This document shows, one piece after another, positions 48,301 to 63,300 of a stretch of 64,000 nucleotides of DNA. The stretch covers positions 3,412,001 through 3,476,000 of the forward strand of contig JASTWF010000033.1 of NCBI GenBank assembly GCA_030390025.1. The letters run 5' to 3'. The translations under genes were made by a program, and so were the position numbers. Within the stretch, counting starts at the first letter, position 1, and each line of letters opens with the position of its first letter. The notes below the pieces were generated by a model. The model ran no database searches and was not told where the DNA came from. It was given only the letters and a program-made list of their open reading frames with translations. This DNA comes from Squalus acanthias. Taxonomy: Eukaryota.

Positions 48301-51300
48301 AAATATAGTAAATAGTGAGGAGATTAGCAGACTTCAGGAGCACACAGACAGACTGGTGAAATGTAGTAAACAGTGAGGAGAGTAGCAGAATTCAAGAGCA
48401 CACAGACAAACTGGTGAAATGTAGTAAACAATGAGGAGATCAGCAGACTTCAGGAGCACAAAGACAGACTGGTGAAATGCAGTAAACAGTGAGGAGAGTA
48501 GCAGAATTCAGGAGCACACAGACAGACTGGTGAAATGCAGCAAAAAGTGAGGAGAGTAGCAGACTTCAGGAGCACACAGACAGACTGGTGAAATGTAGTA
48601 AAAAGTGAGGAGATCAGCAGACTTCAGGAGCACAGACAGACTGGTGAAATGTAGTAAACAGTGAGGAGAGTAGCAGACTTCAGGAACACACAGACAGACT
48701 GGTGAAATGTAGTAAACAGTGAGGAGAGTAGCAGAATTCAGACGCACACAGACAGACTGGTGAAATGTAGTAAAGAGTGAGGAGAGTAACAGACTTCAGG
48801 AGCACACAGACACACTGGTGAAATGCAGCAAACAGTGAGGAGATTAGCAGACATCAGGAAGATACAGACAGACTGGTGAAATGCAGTAAACAGTGAGGAG
48901 AGTAGCAGAATTAAAACGCAAACAGACAGACTGGTGAAATGTAGTAAAGAGTGAGGAGAGTAACAGACTTCAGGAGCACACAGACAGACTAGTGCAATGT
49001 AGTAAACAGTGAGGAGATTAGCAGACTTCAGGAACAGACAGACAGACTGGTGAAATGCAGTAAACAGTGAGGAGAGTATCAGAATTCAGGAGCACACAGA
49101 CAGGAAGGTTAAATGTAATAAACAATGAGGATAGTATCAGACTTCATGAGCACACAGACAGACTGGTGAAATGTAGTAAACAGGGAGGATATTAGCAGAA
49201 TTCAGGAACACGCAAACATACTGGTGAAATGTAGTAAAAAGTGAGGAGATTAGCAGACTTCAGGATCACACAGACAGACTGGTGAAATGTAGTAAACAGT
49301 GAGGAGAGTAGCAGACTTCAGGAGCACACAGACAGACTGGTGAAATGTAGTAAACAGTAAGGAGAATAACAGACTTCAGGAGCACACAGACAGACTGGTG
49401 AAATGTAGTAAACAGTGAGGAGAGTAGAAGACTTCAGGAGCACACAGACAGACTGGTGAAATGTAGTAAACAGTGAGGAGATCAGCAGACTTCATGAGCA
49501 CACAGAGAGACTGGTGAAATATAGTAAACAGTGAGGAGAGTAGCAGACTGCAGAAGCACACAGACAGACTGACGAAATGTATTAAACAGTTTGGAGAATA
49601 ACAGACATCAGGAGCACACAGACAGACTGGTGAAATGTAGTAAACAGTGAGGAGAGTAGCAGACTTGAGGAACACACAGACAGACTGGAGAAATGTAGTA
49701 AACTGTAAGGAGAGTAACAGACTTTAGGAGAACACAGACTGACTGGTGAAATGTAGTAAACAGTGAGGAGAGTTGCAGAATTCAGACGCACACAGACAGA
49801 CTGGTGAAATGTAGTAAACAGTGAGGAGAGTAACAGACTTCAGGAGCAAACAGAAAGACTGGTGAAATGCAGCAAAAAGTGAGGAGATGAGCAAACTTCA
49901 GGAACAGACAGACAGACTGGTGAAATGTAGAAAACAGTGAGGAGAGTCGCAGACTTCAGGAGCACAGACAGACTGTTGAAATGTGGTAAACAGTGAGGAG
50001 AGTAGCAGACTTCAGGAGCACACAGACAGACTTGTGAAATGTTGTAAACAGTGAGGAGAGCAGCAGACTTCAGGAGCACACAGACAGACTGGTGAAACGT
50101 TGTGAACAGTGAAGAGAGTAGCAGACTTCAGGATCTCACAGACAGACTGGTGAAATGTAGTAAACAGTGAGGAGAGTAGCATACTTCAGGAGCAGAAAGA
50201 CATACTGGTGAAATGTAGTAAACAGTGAGGAGAGTAGCAGACTTCAGGAGCACACAGACGGACTGGAGAAATGTAGTAAACAGTGAGGAGAGTAGCAGAC
50301 TTCAGGGGCACACAGACAGACTGGTGAAATGTAGGAAACAGTGAGGAGAGCAACAGACTTCAGGAGCACACAGACAGACTGGTGAAATGTAGTAAAAGTG
50401 AGGAGAGTACCAGACTTCAGGAGCACACAGACAGACTGGTGAAATGTAGTAAACACTGAGGAGAGTAACAGACTTCAGGAGCACACAGACAGACAGGTGA
50501 AATGTAGCAAACAGTGAAGAGAGTACCAGACTTCAGGAGCACACAGACAGTCTGTTGAAATGTAGTAAACAGTGAGGAGAGCAGCAGACTTCAGGAGCAC
50601 AGACAGACTGGTGAAATGTAGTAAACAGTGAGCAGAGTAGAAGACTTCAGGATCACACAGACAGACTGGTGAAATGTAGAAAACAGTGAGGAGAGTAGCA
50701 AACTTCAGGAGCACAGACAGACTGTTGAAATGTGGTAAACAGTGAGGAGAGTAGCAGACTTCAGGAGCAAACAGACAGACTGGTGAAATGTAGTAGAAAG
50801 TGAGGAGAGCAGCAGACTTCAGGAGCACACAGACAGAATGGTGAAATGTAGTAAACAGTGAGGAGAGTAGCAGAATTCAGACGCACACAGACAGACTGGT
50901 GAAATGTAGTAAACAGTGAGGAGAGTAACAGACTTCAGGGCACACAGACAGACTGGTGAAATGTAGTAAACAGTGAGGAGAGAAGCAGACTGCAGAAGCA
51001 CACAGACAGACTGGTGAAATGTATTAAATAGTTTGGAGAATAACAGACTTCAGGAGCACACAGACAGACTGGTGAAATGTAGTAAACAGTGAGGAGAGTA
51101 GCAGACTTCAGGAGCACAGACAGACTGTTGAAATGTAGTAAACAGTGAGGAGAGTAGCAGAATTCAGACGCAAACAGACAGACTGGTGAAATGTAGTAAA
51201 CAGTGAGGAGAGTAACAGACTTCAGGAGCACACAGACAGACTGGTGAAATGTAGTAAACAGTGAGGAGAGTAGCAGACTTCAGGAGCACACAGACAGAAT

Positions 51301-54300
51301 GGTGAAATGCAGTAAACAGTGAGGAGAGCATCAGAATTCAGGAGCACACGACAGACTGGTGAAATGTAGTAAACAGTGAGGAGAGTATCAGACTTCAGGA
51401 GCACACAGACAGACTGGTGAAATGTAGTAAACAGTGAGGAGATTAGCAGAATTCAGGAACACGCAGACAGACTGGTGAAATGTAGTAAAAAGTGAGGAGA
51501 GTAGCAGACTTCAGGATCACACAGACAGACTGGTGAAATGTAGTAAACAGTGAGGAGAGTAGCAGACTTCAGGAGCACAGACAGTCTGTTGAAATGTAGA
51601 AAACAGTGAGGAGAGCAGCAGACTTCAGGATCACACAGACAGACAGGTGAAATGTAGAAAACAGTGAGGAGAGTCGCAGACTTCAGGAGCACAGACAGAC
51701 TGGTGAAATGTAGTAAACAGTGAGGAGAGTAACAGACTTCAGGAGCACACAGACAGACTGGTGAAATGTAGTAAACAGTGAGGAGATTAACAGCCTTCAG
51801 GATCACACAGACAGACTGGTGAAATGTGGTAAACAGTGAAGAGAGTAGCAGACTTCAGGAGCACACAGACAGACTGGTGAAATGTAGTAAACAGTGAGAG
51901 AGTAGCAGACTTCAGAAGCACACAGACAGACTGGTGAAATGTAGTAAACAGTGAGGAGAGTATCAGACTTCAGGAGCACACAGACAGACTCGTGAAATGT
52001 AGTAAACAGTGAGGAGAGTAGCAGACTTCAGGAGCACACAGACAGACTGGTGAAATGTAGTAAACAGTGAGGAGAGTATCAGACTTCAGGAGCACACAGA
52101 CAGACTGGTGAAATGTAGAAAACAGTGAGGAGAGTAGCAGACTTCAGGAGCACACAGACAGACTGGTGAAATGTAGTAAACAGTGAGGAGAGTATCAGAA
52201 TTCAGGAGCACACAGACAGACTGGTGAAATGTAGTAAACAGTGAGGAGAGTAGCAGACTTCAGGAGCACACAGACAGACTGGTGAAATGTAGTAAACAGT
52301 GAAGAGAGTAGCAGACTTCAGGAGCACACAGACAGACTGGTGAAATGTAGTAAACAGTGAGGAGAGTAGCAGACTTCAGGAGCACACAGACAGACTGGTG
52401 AAATGTACTAAACAGTGAGAAAAGTAGCAGAATTCAGGAGCACACAGACAGAATGGTGAAATGTAGTAAACAGTGAGGAGAGTAGCAGAATTCAGACGCA
52501 CACAGACAGACTGGTGAAATGTCGTAAACAGTGAGGAGAGTAACAGACTTCAGGAGCACAGACAGACTGGTGAAAGGTAGTAAACAGTGAGGAGAGTAGC
52601 AGAATTCAGCAGCACACAGACAGACTGGTGAAATGCAGCAAAACGTGAGGAGATTATCAGACTTCAGGAACAGACAGACAGACTGGTGAAATGCTGTAAA
52701 CAGTGAGGAGAGTAACAGACTTCAGGAGCACAAAGACAGACTGGTGAAATGTTGTAAACAGTGAGGAGAGCAGCAGACTTCAGGAGCACAGACAGACTGG
52801 TGAAATGTAGTAAACATCGAGGAGAGCAGCAGACTTTAGGAGCACTGACAGACTGGTGAAATGTAGGAAACAGTGAGGAGAGTAACAGACTTCAGGAACA
52901 CACAGACAGACTGGTGAAATGTAGGAAACAGTGAGGAGAGTCGCAGACTTCAGGATCACACAGACAGACTGGTGAAATGTAGTAAACAGTGAGGAGAGTA
53001 GCAGACTTCAGGAGCACACAGACAGTCTGGTGAAATGTAGTAAACAGTGAGGAGAGTAACAGACTTCAGGAGCACACAGACAGACTGGTGAAATGTAGTA
53101 AACAGTGAGGAGAGTAGCAGACTTCAGGAACACACAGACAGACTGGTGAAATGTAGTAAACAGTGAGGAGAGTAGCAGACTTCAGGAGCACACAGACAGA
53201 CTGTTGAAATGTAGTAAACAGTGAGGAGAGTAGCAGACTTCAGGAGCACACAGACAGACTGGTGAAATGTAGTAAACAGTGAGGAGAGTAGCAGACTTCA
53301 GGAGCACACAGACAGACTGGTGAAATGTAGTAAACAGTGAGGAGAGTAACAGACTTCAGGAGCACACAGACAGACTGGTGAAATGTAGTAAACAGTGAGA
53401 GAGTAGCAGACTTCAGGAGCACACAGACAGACTGGTGAAATGTAGTAAACAGTGAGGAGATTAGCAGACTTCAGGAGCACACAGACAGACTGGTGAAATG
53501 TAGAAAACAGTGAGGAGAGTAACAGACTTCAGGAGCACACAGACAGACTGGTGAAATGTAGTAAACAGTGAGGAGAGTATCAGACTTCAGGAGCACACAG
53601 ACAGACTGGTGAAATGTAGTAAACAGTGAGGAGAGCAGCAGACTTCAGGAGCACACAGACAGACTGGTGAAATGTAGTAAACAGTGAGGAGAGTAGCAGA
53701 CTTCAGGAGCACACAGACAGACTGGTGAAATGTAGTAAACAGTGAGGAGAGTAGCAGACTTCAGAGCACACAGACAGACTGGTGAAATGTAGTAAACAGT
53801 GAGGAGAGTAACAGACTTCAGGAGCACACAGACAGACTGGTGAAATGTAGTAAACAGTGAGGAGAGTAGCAGAATTCAGACGCACACAGACAGACTGGTG
53901 AAATGTCGTAAACAGTGAGGAGAGTAACAGACTTCAGGAGCACAGACAGACTGGTGAAAGGTAGTAAACAGTGAGGAGAGTAGCAGAATTCAGGAGCACA
54001 CAGACAGACTGGTGAAATGCAGCAAAACGTGAGGAGATTATCAGATTTCAGGAACAGACAGACAGACTGGTGAAATGCTGTAAACAGTGAGGAGAGTAAC
54101 AGACTTCAGGAGCACAAAGACAGACTGGTGAAATGTTGTAAACAGTGAGGAGAGCAGCAGACTTCAGGAGCACAGACAGACTGGTGAAATGTAGTAAACA
54201 TCGAGGAGAGCAGCAGACTTTAGGAGCACTGACAGACTGGTGAAATGTAGGAAACAGTGAGGAGAGTAACAGACTTCAGGAACACACAGACAGACTGGTG

Positions 54301-57300
54301 AAATGCAGGAAACAGTGAGGAGAGTCGCAGACTTCAGGATCACACAGACAGAATGGTGAAATGTAATAAACAGTGAGGAGAGTAGCAGACTTCAGGAGCA
54401 CAGAGAGTCTGTTGAAATGTAGTAAACAGTGAGGTGAGTAACAGAATTCAGGAGCACACAAGCAGACTGGTGAAATGTAGTAAACAGTGAGGAGAGTGGC
54501 AGAATTCACGAACACACAGACAGACTGGTGAAATGTAGTAAACATGGAGGAGAGTAGTAGTCTTCAGGTGCACATAGACAGACATATTGAAATGTCGTAA
54601 ACAGTGAGGAGAGTAGCAGACTTCAGGAGCACACAAACAGACTGGTGAAACGTAGTAAACAGTGAGGAAAGTAGCAGACTTCAGGAGCACTCAGACAGAT
54701 TGATGAAATGTAGTAAACAGTGAGGAGATTAACAGCCTTCAGGATGACACAGACAGACTGGTGAAATGTAGTAAACAGTGAGGAGAGTATCAGACTTCAG
54801 GAGCACACAGACAGACTGGTGAAATGTAGTAAACAGTCAGGAGAGCAGCAGACTTCAGGATCACACAGACAGACTGGTGAAATGTAGAAAACAGTGAGGA
54901 GAGCCGCAGACTTCAGGAGCACAGACAGACTGGTGAAATGTGGTAAACAGTGAGGAGAGTAACAGACTTCAGGAGCACAGACAGACTGGTGAAATGTAGT
55001 AAACAATGAGGAGAGCAGCAGAATTCAGGAGCACACAGACAGACTGGTGAAATGCAGCAAAACGTGAGGAGATTATCAGACTTCAGGAACAGACAGACAG
55101 ACTGGTGAAATGTTGTAAACAGTGAAGAGAGTACCAAACTTCAGAAGCACACAGACAGACTGGTGAAATGTAGTAAACAGTGAGGAGAGTATCAGACTTC
55201 AGGAGCACACAGACAGACTCGTGAAATGCAGTAAACAGTGAGCAGAGTATCAGACTTCAGGAGCACACAGACAGACTCGTGAAATGTAGTAAACAGTGAG
55301 GAGAGCAGCAGACTTCAGGCGCACACAGACAGACTTGTGAAATGTAGTAAACAGTGAGGAGAGCAGCAGACTTCAGGAGCACACAGACAGACTGGTGAAA
55401 TGTAGTAAACAGTGAGGAGAGTAGCAGACTTCAGGAGCACACAGACAGACTGGTGAAATGTAGTAAACAGTGAGGAGAGTAGCAGACTTCAGGAGCACAC
55501 AGACAGACTGGTGAAATGTAGTAAACAGTGAGGAGAGTAGCAGACTTCAGGAGCACACAGACAGACTGGTGAAATGTAGTAAACAGTGAGGAGAGTAGCA
55601 GACTTCAGGAGCACACAGACAGACTGGTGAAATGTAGTAAACAGTGAGGAGAGTAGCAGACTTCAGGAGCACACAGACAGACTGGTGAAATGTAGTAAAC
55701 AGTGAGGAGAGTAGCAGACTTCAGGAGCACACAGACAGACTGGTGAAATGTAGTAAACAGTGAGGAGAGTAGCAGACTTCAGGAGCACAGACAGACTGGT
55801 GAAATGTAGTAAACAGTGAGGAGAGTAGCAGACTTCAGGAGCACACAGACAGACTGGTGAAATGTAGTAAACAGTGAGGAGAGTAGCAGACTTCAGGAGC
55901 ACACAGACAGACTGGTGAAATGTAGTAAACAGTGAGGAGAGTAGCAGACTTCAGGAGCACACAGACAGACTGGTGAAATGTAGTAAACAGTGAGGAGAGT
56001 AGCAGACTTCAGGAGCACACAGACAGACTGGTGAAATGTAGTAAACAGTGAGAGAGTAGCAGACTTCAGGAGCACACAGACAGACTGGTGAAATGTAGTA
56101 AACAGTGAGGAGAGTAGCAGACTTCAGGAGCACACAGACAGACTGGTGAAATGTAGTAAACAGTGAGGAGAGTAGCAGACTTCAGGAGCACACAGACAGA
56201 CTGGTGAAATGTAGTAAACAGTGAGGAGAGCAGCAGACTTCAGGAGCACACAGACAGACTGGTGAAATGTAGTAAACAGTGAGGAGAGTAGCAGACTTCA
56301 GGAGCACACAGACAGACTGGTGAAATGCAGTAAACAGTGAGGAGAGCAGCAGACTTCAGGAGCACACAGACAGACTGGTGAAATGCTGTAAACAGTGAGG
56401 AGAGTAGCAGAGTTCAGGAGCACACAGACAGACTGGTGAAATGTCGTAAACAGTGAGGAGAGTAGCAGACTTCAGGATCACACAGAGAGACTGGTGAAAT
56501 GTAGTAAACAGTGAGGAGAGCAGTTGACTTCAGGAGCACACAGACAGACTGGTGAAATGTAGTAAACAGTGAGGAGAGTATCAGACTTCAGGAGCACACA
56601 GACGGACTGGGGAAATGTTGTAAACAGTGAGGAGAGTAGCAGACTTCAGGATCACACAGACAGACTGGTGAAATGTAAAAAACAGTGAGGAGAGTCGCAG
56701 ACTTCAGGAGCACAGACAGACTGGTGAAATGTGGTAAACAGTGAGGAGAGTAACAGACTTCAGGAGCACAAAGACAGACTGGTGAAATGTAGTAAACACT
56801 GAGGAGAGTAGCAGACATCAGGATCACATTGAGAGAAGTTGAAATGTAGAAAACAGTGAGGAGAATAGCTGACTTCAGAAGCACACAGACAGACTGGTGA
56901 AATGTAGTAAACAGTGAGGAGAGTAACAGACTTCAGGAGCACACAGACAGACTGGTGAAATGTAGTAAACAGTGAGGAGAGTAGCAGACTTCAGGAGCAC
57001 ACAGACAGACTGGTGAAATGTAGTAAACAGTGAGGAGAGTAGCAGACTTCAGGAGCACACAGACAGACTGGTGAAATGTAGTAAACAGTGAGGAGAGTAG
57101 CAGACTTCAGGAGCACACAGACAGACTGGTGAAATGTAGTAAACAGTGAGGAGAGTATCAGACTTCAGGAGCACACAGACAGACTGGTGAAATGTAGTAA
57201 ACAGTGAGGAGAGTAGCAGACTTCAGAGCACACAGACAGACTGGTGAAATGTAGTAAACAGTGAGGAGAGTAGCAGACTTCAGGAGCACACAGACAGACT

Positions 57301-60300
57301 GGTGAAATGTAGTAAACAGTGAGGAGAATAACAGACTTCAGGAGCACACAGACAGACTGGTGAAATGTAGTAAACAGTGAGGAGAGTAGCAGACTTCAGG
57401 AGCACACAGACAGACTGGTGAAATGTAGTAAACAGTGAGGAGAGTAGCAGACTTCAGGAGCACACAGACAGACTGGTGAAATGTAGTAAACAGTGAGGAG
57501 AGTAGCAGAATTCAGACGCACACAGACAGACTGGTGAAATGTAGTAAACAGTGAGGAGAGTAACAGACTTCAGGAGCACACAGACAGACTGGTGAAATGC
57601 AGTAAACAGTGAGGAGATGAGCAGACTTCAGGAACAGACAGACAGACTGGTGAAATGCAGTAAACAGTGAGGAGAGTAGCAGACTTCAGGAGCACAGACA
57701 GACTGGTGAAATGTAGTAAACAGTGAGGAGAGTAGCAGACTTCAGGAGCACACAGACAGACTGGTGAAATGTAGTAAACAGTGAGGAGAGTAACAGACTT
57801 CAGGAGCACACAGACAGACTGGTGAAATGTAGTAAACAGTGAGGAGAGTAGCAGACTTCAGGAGCACACAGACAGACTGGTGAAATGTAGTAAACAGTGA
57901 GGAGAGTAGCAGACTTCAGGAGCACACAGACAGACTGGTGAAATGTAGTAAACAGTGAGGAGAGTAGCAGACTTCAGGAGCACACAGACAGACTGGTGAA
58001 ATGTAGTAAACAGTGAGGAGAGTAGCAGACTTCAGGAGCACACAGACAGACTGGTGAAATGTAGTAAACAGTGAGGAGAGTAGCAGACTTCAGGAGCACA
58101 CAGACAGACTGGTGAAATGTAGTAAACAGTGAGGAGAGTAGCAGACTTCAGGAGCACACAGACAGACTGGTGAAATGTAGTAAACAGTGAGGAGAGTAGC
58201 AGACTTCAGGAGCACACAGACAGACTGGTGAAATGTAGTAAACAGTGAGGAGAGTAGCAGACTTCAGGAGCACACAGACAGACTGGTGAAATGTAGTAAA
58301 CAGTGAGGAGAGTAGCAGACTTCAGGAGCACACAGACAGACTGGTGAAATGTAGTAAACAGTGAGGAGAGTAGCAGACTTCAGGAGCACAGACAGACTGG
58401 TGAAATGTAGTAAACAGTGAGGAGAGCAGCAGACTTCAGGAGCACACAGACAGACTGGTGAAATGTAGTAAACAGTGAGGAGAGTAGCAGACTTCAGGAG
58501 CACACAGACAGACTGGTGAAATGTAGTAAACAGTGAGGAGAGTAGCAGACTTCAGGAGCACACAGACAGACTGGTGAAATGTAGTAAACAGTGAGGAGAG
58601 TAGCAGACTTCAGGAGCACACAGACAGACTGGTGAAATGTAGTAAACAGTGAGGAGAGTAGCAGACTTCAGGAGCACAGACAGACTGGTGAAATGAAGTA
58701 AACAGTGAGGAGAGCAGCAGACTTCAGGAGCACACAGACAGACTGGTGAAATGTAGTAAACAGTGAGGAGAGTAACAGACTTCAGGAGCACAAAGACAGA
58801 CTGGTGAAATGTAGTAAACAGTGAGGAGAGTAGCAGACTTCAGGAGCACAGACAGACTGGTGAAATGTAGTAAACAGTGAGGAGAGTAGCAGACTTCAGG
58901 AGCACACAGACAGACTGGTGAAATGTAGTAAACAGTGAGGAGAGTAGCAGACTTCAGGAGCACACAGACAGACTGGTGAAATGTAGTAAACAGTGAGGAG
59001 AGTAGCAGACTTCAGGAGCACACAGACAGACTGGTGAAATGTAGTAAACAGTGAGGAGAGTAGCAGACTTCAGGAGCACACAGACAGACTGGTGAAATGT
59101 AGTAAACAGTGAGGAGAGTAGCAGACTTCAGGAGCACACAGACAGACTGGTGAAATGTAGTAAACAGTGAGAGAGTAGCAGACTTCAGGAGCACACAGAC
59201 AGACTGGTGAAATGTAGTAAACAGTGAGGAGAGTAGCAGACTTCAGGAGCACACAGACAGACTGGTGAAATGTAGTAAACAGTGAGGAGAGTAGCAGACT
59301 TCAGGAGCACAGACAGACTGGTGAAATGTAGTAAACAGTGAGGAGAGTAGCAGACTTCAGGAGCACACAGACAGACTGGTGAAATGTAGTAAACAGTGAG
59401 GAGAGTAGCAGACTTCAGGAGAACACAGACAGACTGGTGAAATGTAGTAAACAGTGAGGAGAGTAGCAGAATTCAGGAACAGACAGACAGACTGGTGAAA
59501 TGTAGTAAACAGTGAGGAGAGCAGCAGACTTCAGGAGCACACAGACAGACTGGTGAAATGTAGTAAACAGTGAGGAGAGTAACAGACTTCAGGAGCACAC
59601 AGACAGACTGGTGAAATGTAGTAAACAGTGAGGAGAGTAACAGACTTCAGGAGCACACAGACAGACTGGTGAAATGCAGTAAACAGTGAGGAGAGTAGCA
59701 GACTTCAGGAGCACACAGACAGACTGGTGAAATGACAGTAAACAGTGAGGAGAGTAGCAGAATTCAGACGCAAACAGACAGACTGGTGAAATGTAGTAAA
59801 CAGTGAGGAGAGTAGCAGACTTCAGGAGCAGACAGACAGACTGGTGAAATGTAGTAAACAGTGAGGAGAGTATCAGACTTCCGGAGTACACTGACAAACT
59901 GGTGACATGCAGTAAACTTTGAGGAGAGTATCAGACTTCAGGAGCACACAGACAGACTGGTGAAATGTCGTAAACAGTGTGGAGATTAGCAGACTTCAGG
60001 AGCACACAGACAGACTGGTGAAATGTAGCAAACAGTGAGGAAAGTAGCAGACTTCAGGACCACATAGACAGACTGGTGAAATGTAGTGAACAGTGAGGAG
60101 AGTAACAGATTTCAGGAGCACACAGGCAGAATTGTGAAATGCAGTTAACAGTGAGGAGAGCAACAGATTTCAGCAGCACACAGACAGACTCGTGAAATGC
60201 AGTAAACAGTGAGGAGAGTAGCAGACTTCAGGAGCACACAGACAGACTGGTGAAATGTAGCAATCAGTGAGGAGAGTAACAGACTTCAGGAGCACACAGA

Positions 60301-63300
60301 CAGACTGGTGAAATGCAGCAAAAAGTGAGGAGATGAGCAGACTTCAGGAACAGACAGACAGACTGGTGAAATGTAGAAAACAGTGAGGAGAGTAGCAGAC
60401 TTCAGGAGCACAGACAGACTGGTGAAATGTTGTAAACAGTGAGGAGAGTAGCAGACTTCAGGAGCACACAGACAGACTGGTGAAATGTAGTAAACAGTGA
60501 GGAGAGTAGCAGACTTCAGGAGCACACAGACAGACTGGTGAAATGTAGTAAACAGTGAGGAGAGTAGCAGACTTCAGGAGCACACAGACAGACTGGTGAA
60601 ATGTAGTAAACAGTGAGGAGAGTAGCAGACTTCAGGAGCACACAGACAGACTGGTGAAATGTAGTAAACAGTGAGGAGAGTAGCAGACTTCAGGAGCACA
60701 CAGACAGACTGGTGAAATGTAGTAAACAGTGAGGAGAGTAGCAGACTTCAGGAGCACACAGACAGACTGGTGAAATGTAGTAAACAGTGAGGAGAGTAGC
60801 AGACTTCAGGAGCACACAGACAGACTGGTGAAATGTAGTAAACAGTGAGGAGAGCAGCAGACTTCAGGAGCACAGACAGACTGGTGAAATGTAGTAAACA
60901 GTGAGGAGAGTAGCAGACTTCAGGAGCACACAGACAGACTGGTGAAATGTAGTAAACAGTGAGGAGAGTAGCAGACTTCAGGAGCACAGACAGACTGGTG
61001 AAATGTAGTAAACAGTGAGGAGAGTAGCAGACTTCAGGAGCACACAGACAGACTGGTGAAATGTAGTAAACAGTGAGGAGAGTAGCAGACTTCAGGAGCA
61101 CACAGACAGACTGGTGAAATGTAGTAAACAGTGAGGAGAGTAGCAGACTTCAGGAGCACACAGACAGACTGGTGAAATGTAGTAAACAGTGAGGAGAGTA
61201 GCAGACTTCAGGAGCACACAGACAGACTGGTGAAATGTAGTAAACAGTGAGGAGAGTAGCAGACTTCAGGAGCACACAGACAGACTGGTGAAATGTAGTA
61301 AACAGTGAGGAGAGTAGCAGACTTCAGGAGCACACAGACAGACTGGTGAAATGTAGTAAACAGTGAGGAGAGTAGCAGACTTCAGGAGCACACAGACAGA
61401 CTGGTGAAATGTAGTAAACAGTGAGGAGAGTACCAGACTTCAGGAGCACACAGACAGTCTGTTGAAATGTAGTAAACAGTGAGGAGAGCAGCAGACTTCA
61501 GGAGCACAGACAGACTGGTGAAATGTAGTAAACAGTGAGCAGAGTAGCAGACTTCAGGATCACACAGACAGACTGTTGAAATGTGGTAAACAGTGAGGAG
61601 AGTAGCAGACTTCAGGAGCACACAGACAGACTGGTGAAATGCAGTAAAAAGTGAGGAGAGTAGCAGACTTCAGGAGCACACAGACAGTCTGGTGAAATGC
61701 AGCAAAAAGTGAGGAGATTATCAGACTTCAGGAACAGACAGACAGAATGGTGAAATGCTGTAAACAGTGAAGAGAGTAACAGACTTCAGAAGCACACAGA
61801 CAGACTGGTGAAATGCAGTAAACAGTGATGAGAGTATCAGAATTCAGGAGCACACAGACAGACTGGTGAAATGCAGTAAACAGTGAGGAGAGTAGCAGAC
61901 TTCAGGAGCACACAGACAGACTGGTGAAATGTAGTAAACAGTGAGGAGAGTAGCAGACTTCAGGAGCACACAGACAGACTGGTGAAATGTAGTAAACAGT
62001 GAGGAGAGTAGCAGACTTCAGGAGCACACAGACAGACTGGTGAAATGTAGTAAACAGTGAGGAGAGTAGCAGACTTCAGGAGCACACAGACAGACTGGTG
62101 AAATGTAGTAAACAGTGAGGAGAGTAGCAGACTTCAGGAGCACACAGACAGACTGGTGAAATGTAGTAAACAGTGAGGAGAGTAGCAGACTTCAGGAGCA
62201 CACAGACAGACTGGTGAAATGTAGTAAACAGTGAGGAGAGTAGCAGACTTCAGGAGCACACAGACAGACTGGTGAAATGTAGTAAACAGTGAGGAGAGTA
62301 GCAGACTTCAGGAGCACACAGACAGACTGGTGAAATGTAGTAAACAGTGAGGAGAGTAGCAGACTTCAGGAGCACACAGACAGACTGGTGAAATGTAGTA
62401 AACAGTGAGGAGAGTAGCAGACTTCAGGAGCACACAGACAGACTGGTGAAATGTAGTAAACAGTGAGGAGAGTAGCAGACTTCAGGAGCACACAGACAGA
62501 CTGGTGAAATGTAGTAAACAGTGAGGAGAGTAGCAGACTTCAGGAGCACACAGACAGACTGGTGAAATGTAGTAAACAGTGAGGAGAGTAGCAGACTTCA
62601 GGAGCACACAGACAGACTGGTGAAATGTAGTAAACAGTGAGGAGAGTAGCAGACTTCAGGAGCACACAGACAGACTGGTGAAATGTAGTAAACAGTGAGG
62701 AGAGTAGCAGACTTCAGGAGCACACAGACAGACTGGTGAAATGTAGTAAACAGTGAGGAGAGTAGCAGACTTCAGGAGCACACAGACAGACTGGTGAAAT
62801 GTAGTAAACAGTGAGGAGAGTAGCAGACTTCAGGAGCACACAGACAGACTGGTGAAATGTAGTAAACAGTGAGGAGAGTAGCAGACTTCAGGAGCACACA
62901 GACAGACTGGTGAAATGTAGTAAACAGTGAGGAGAGTAGCAGACTTCAGGAGCACACAGACAGACTGGTGAAATGTAGTAAACAGTGAGGAGAGTAGCAG
63001 ACTTCAGGAGCACACAGACAGACTGGTGAAATGTAGTAAACAGTGAGGAGAGTAGCAGACTTCAGGAGCACACAGACAGACTGGTGAAATGTAGTAAACA
63101 GTGAGGAGAGTAGCAGACTTCAGGAGCACACAGACAGACTGGTGAAATGTAGTAAACAGTGAGGAGAGTAGCAGACTTCAGGAGCACACAGACAGACTGG
63201 TGAAATGTAGTAAACAGTGAGGAGAGTAGCAGACTTCAGGAGCACACAGACAGACTGGTGAAATGTAGTAAACAGTGAGGAGAGTAGCAGACTTCAGGAG

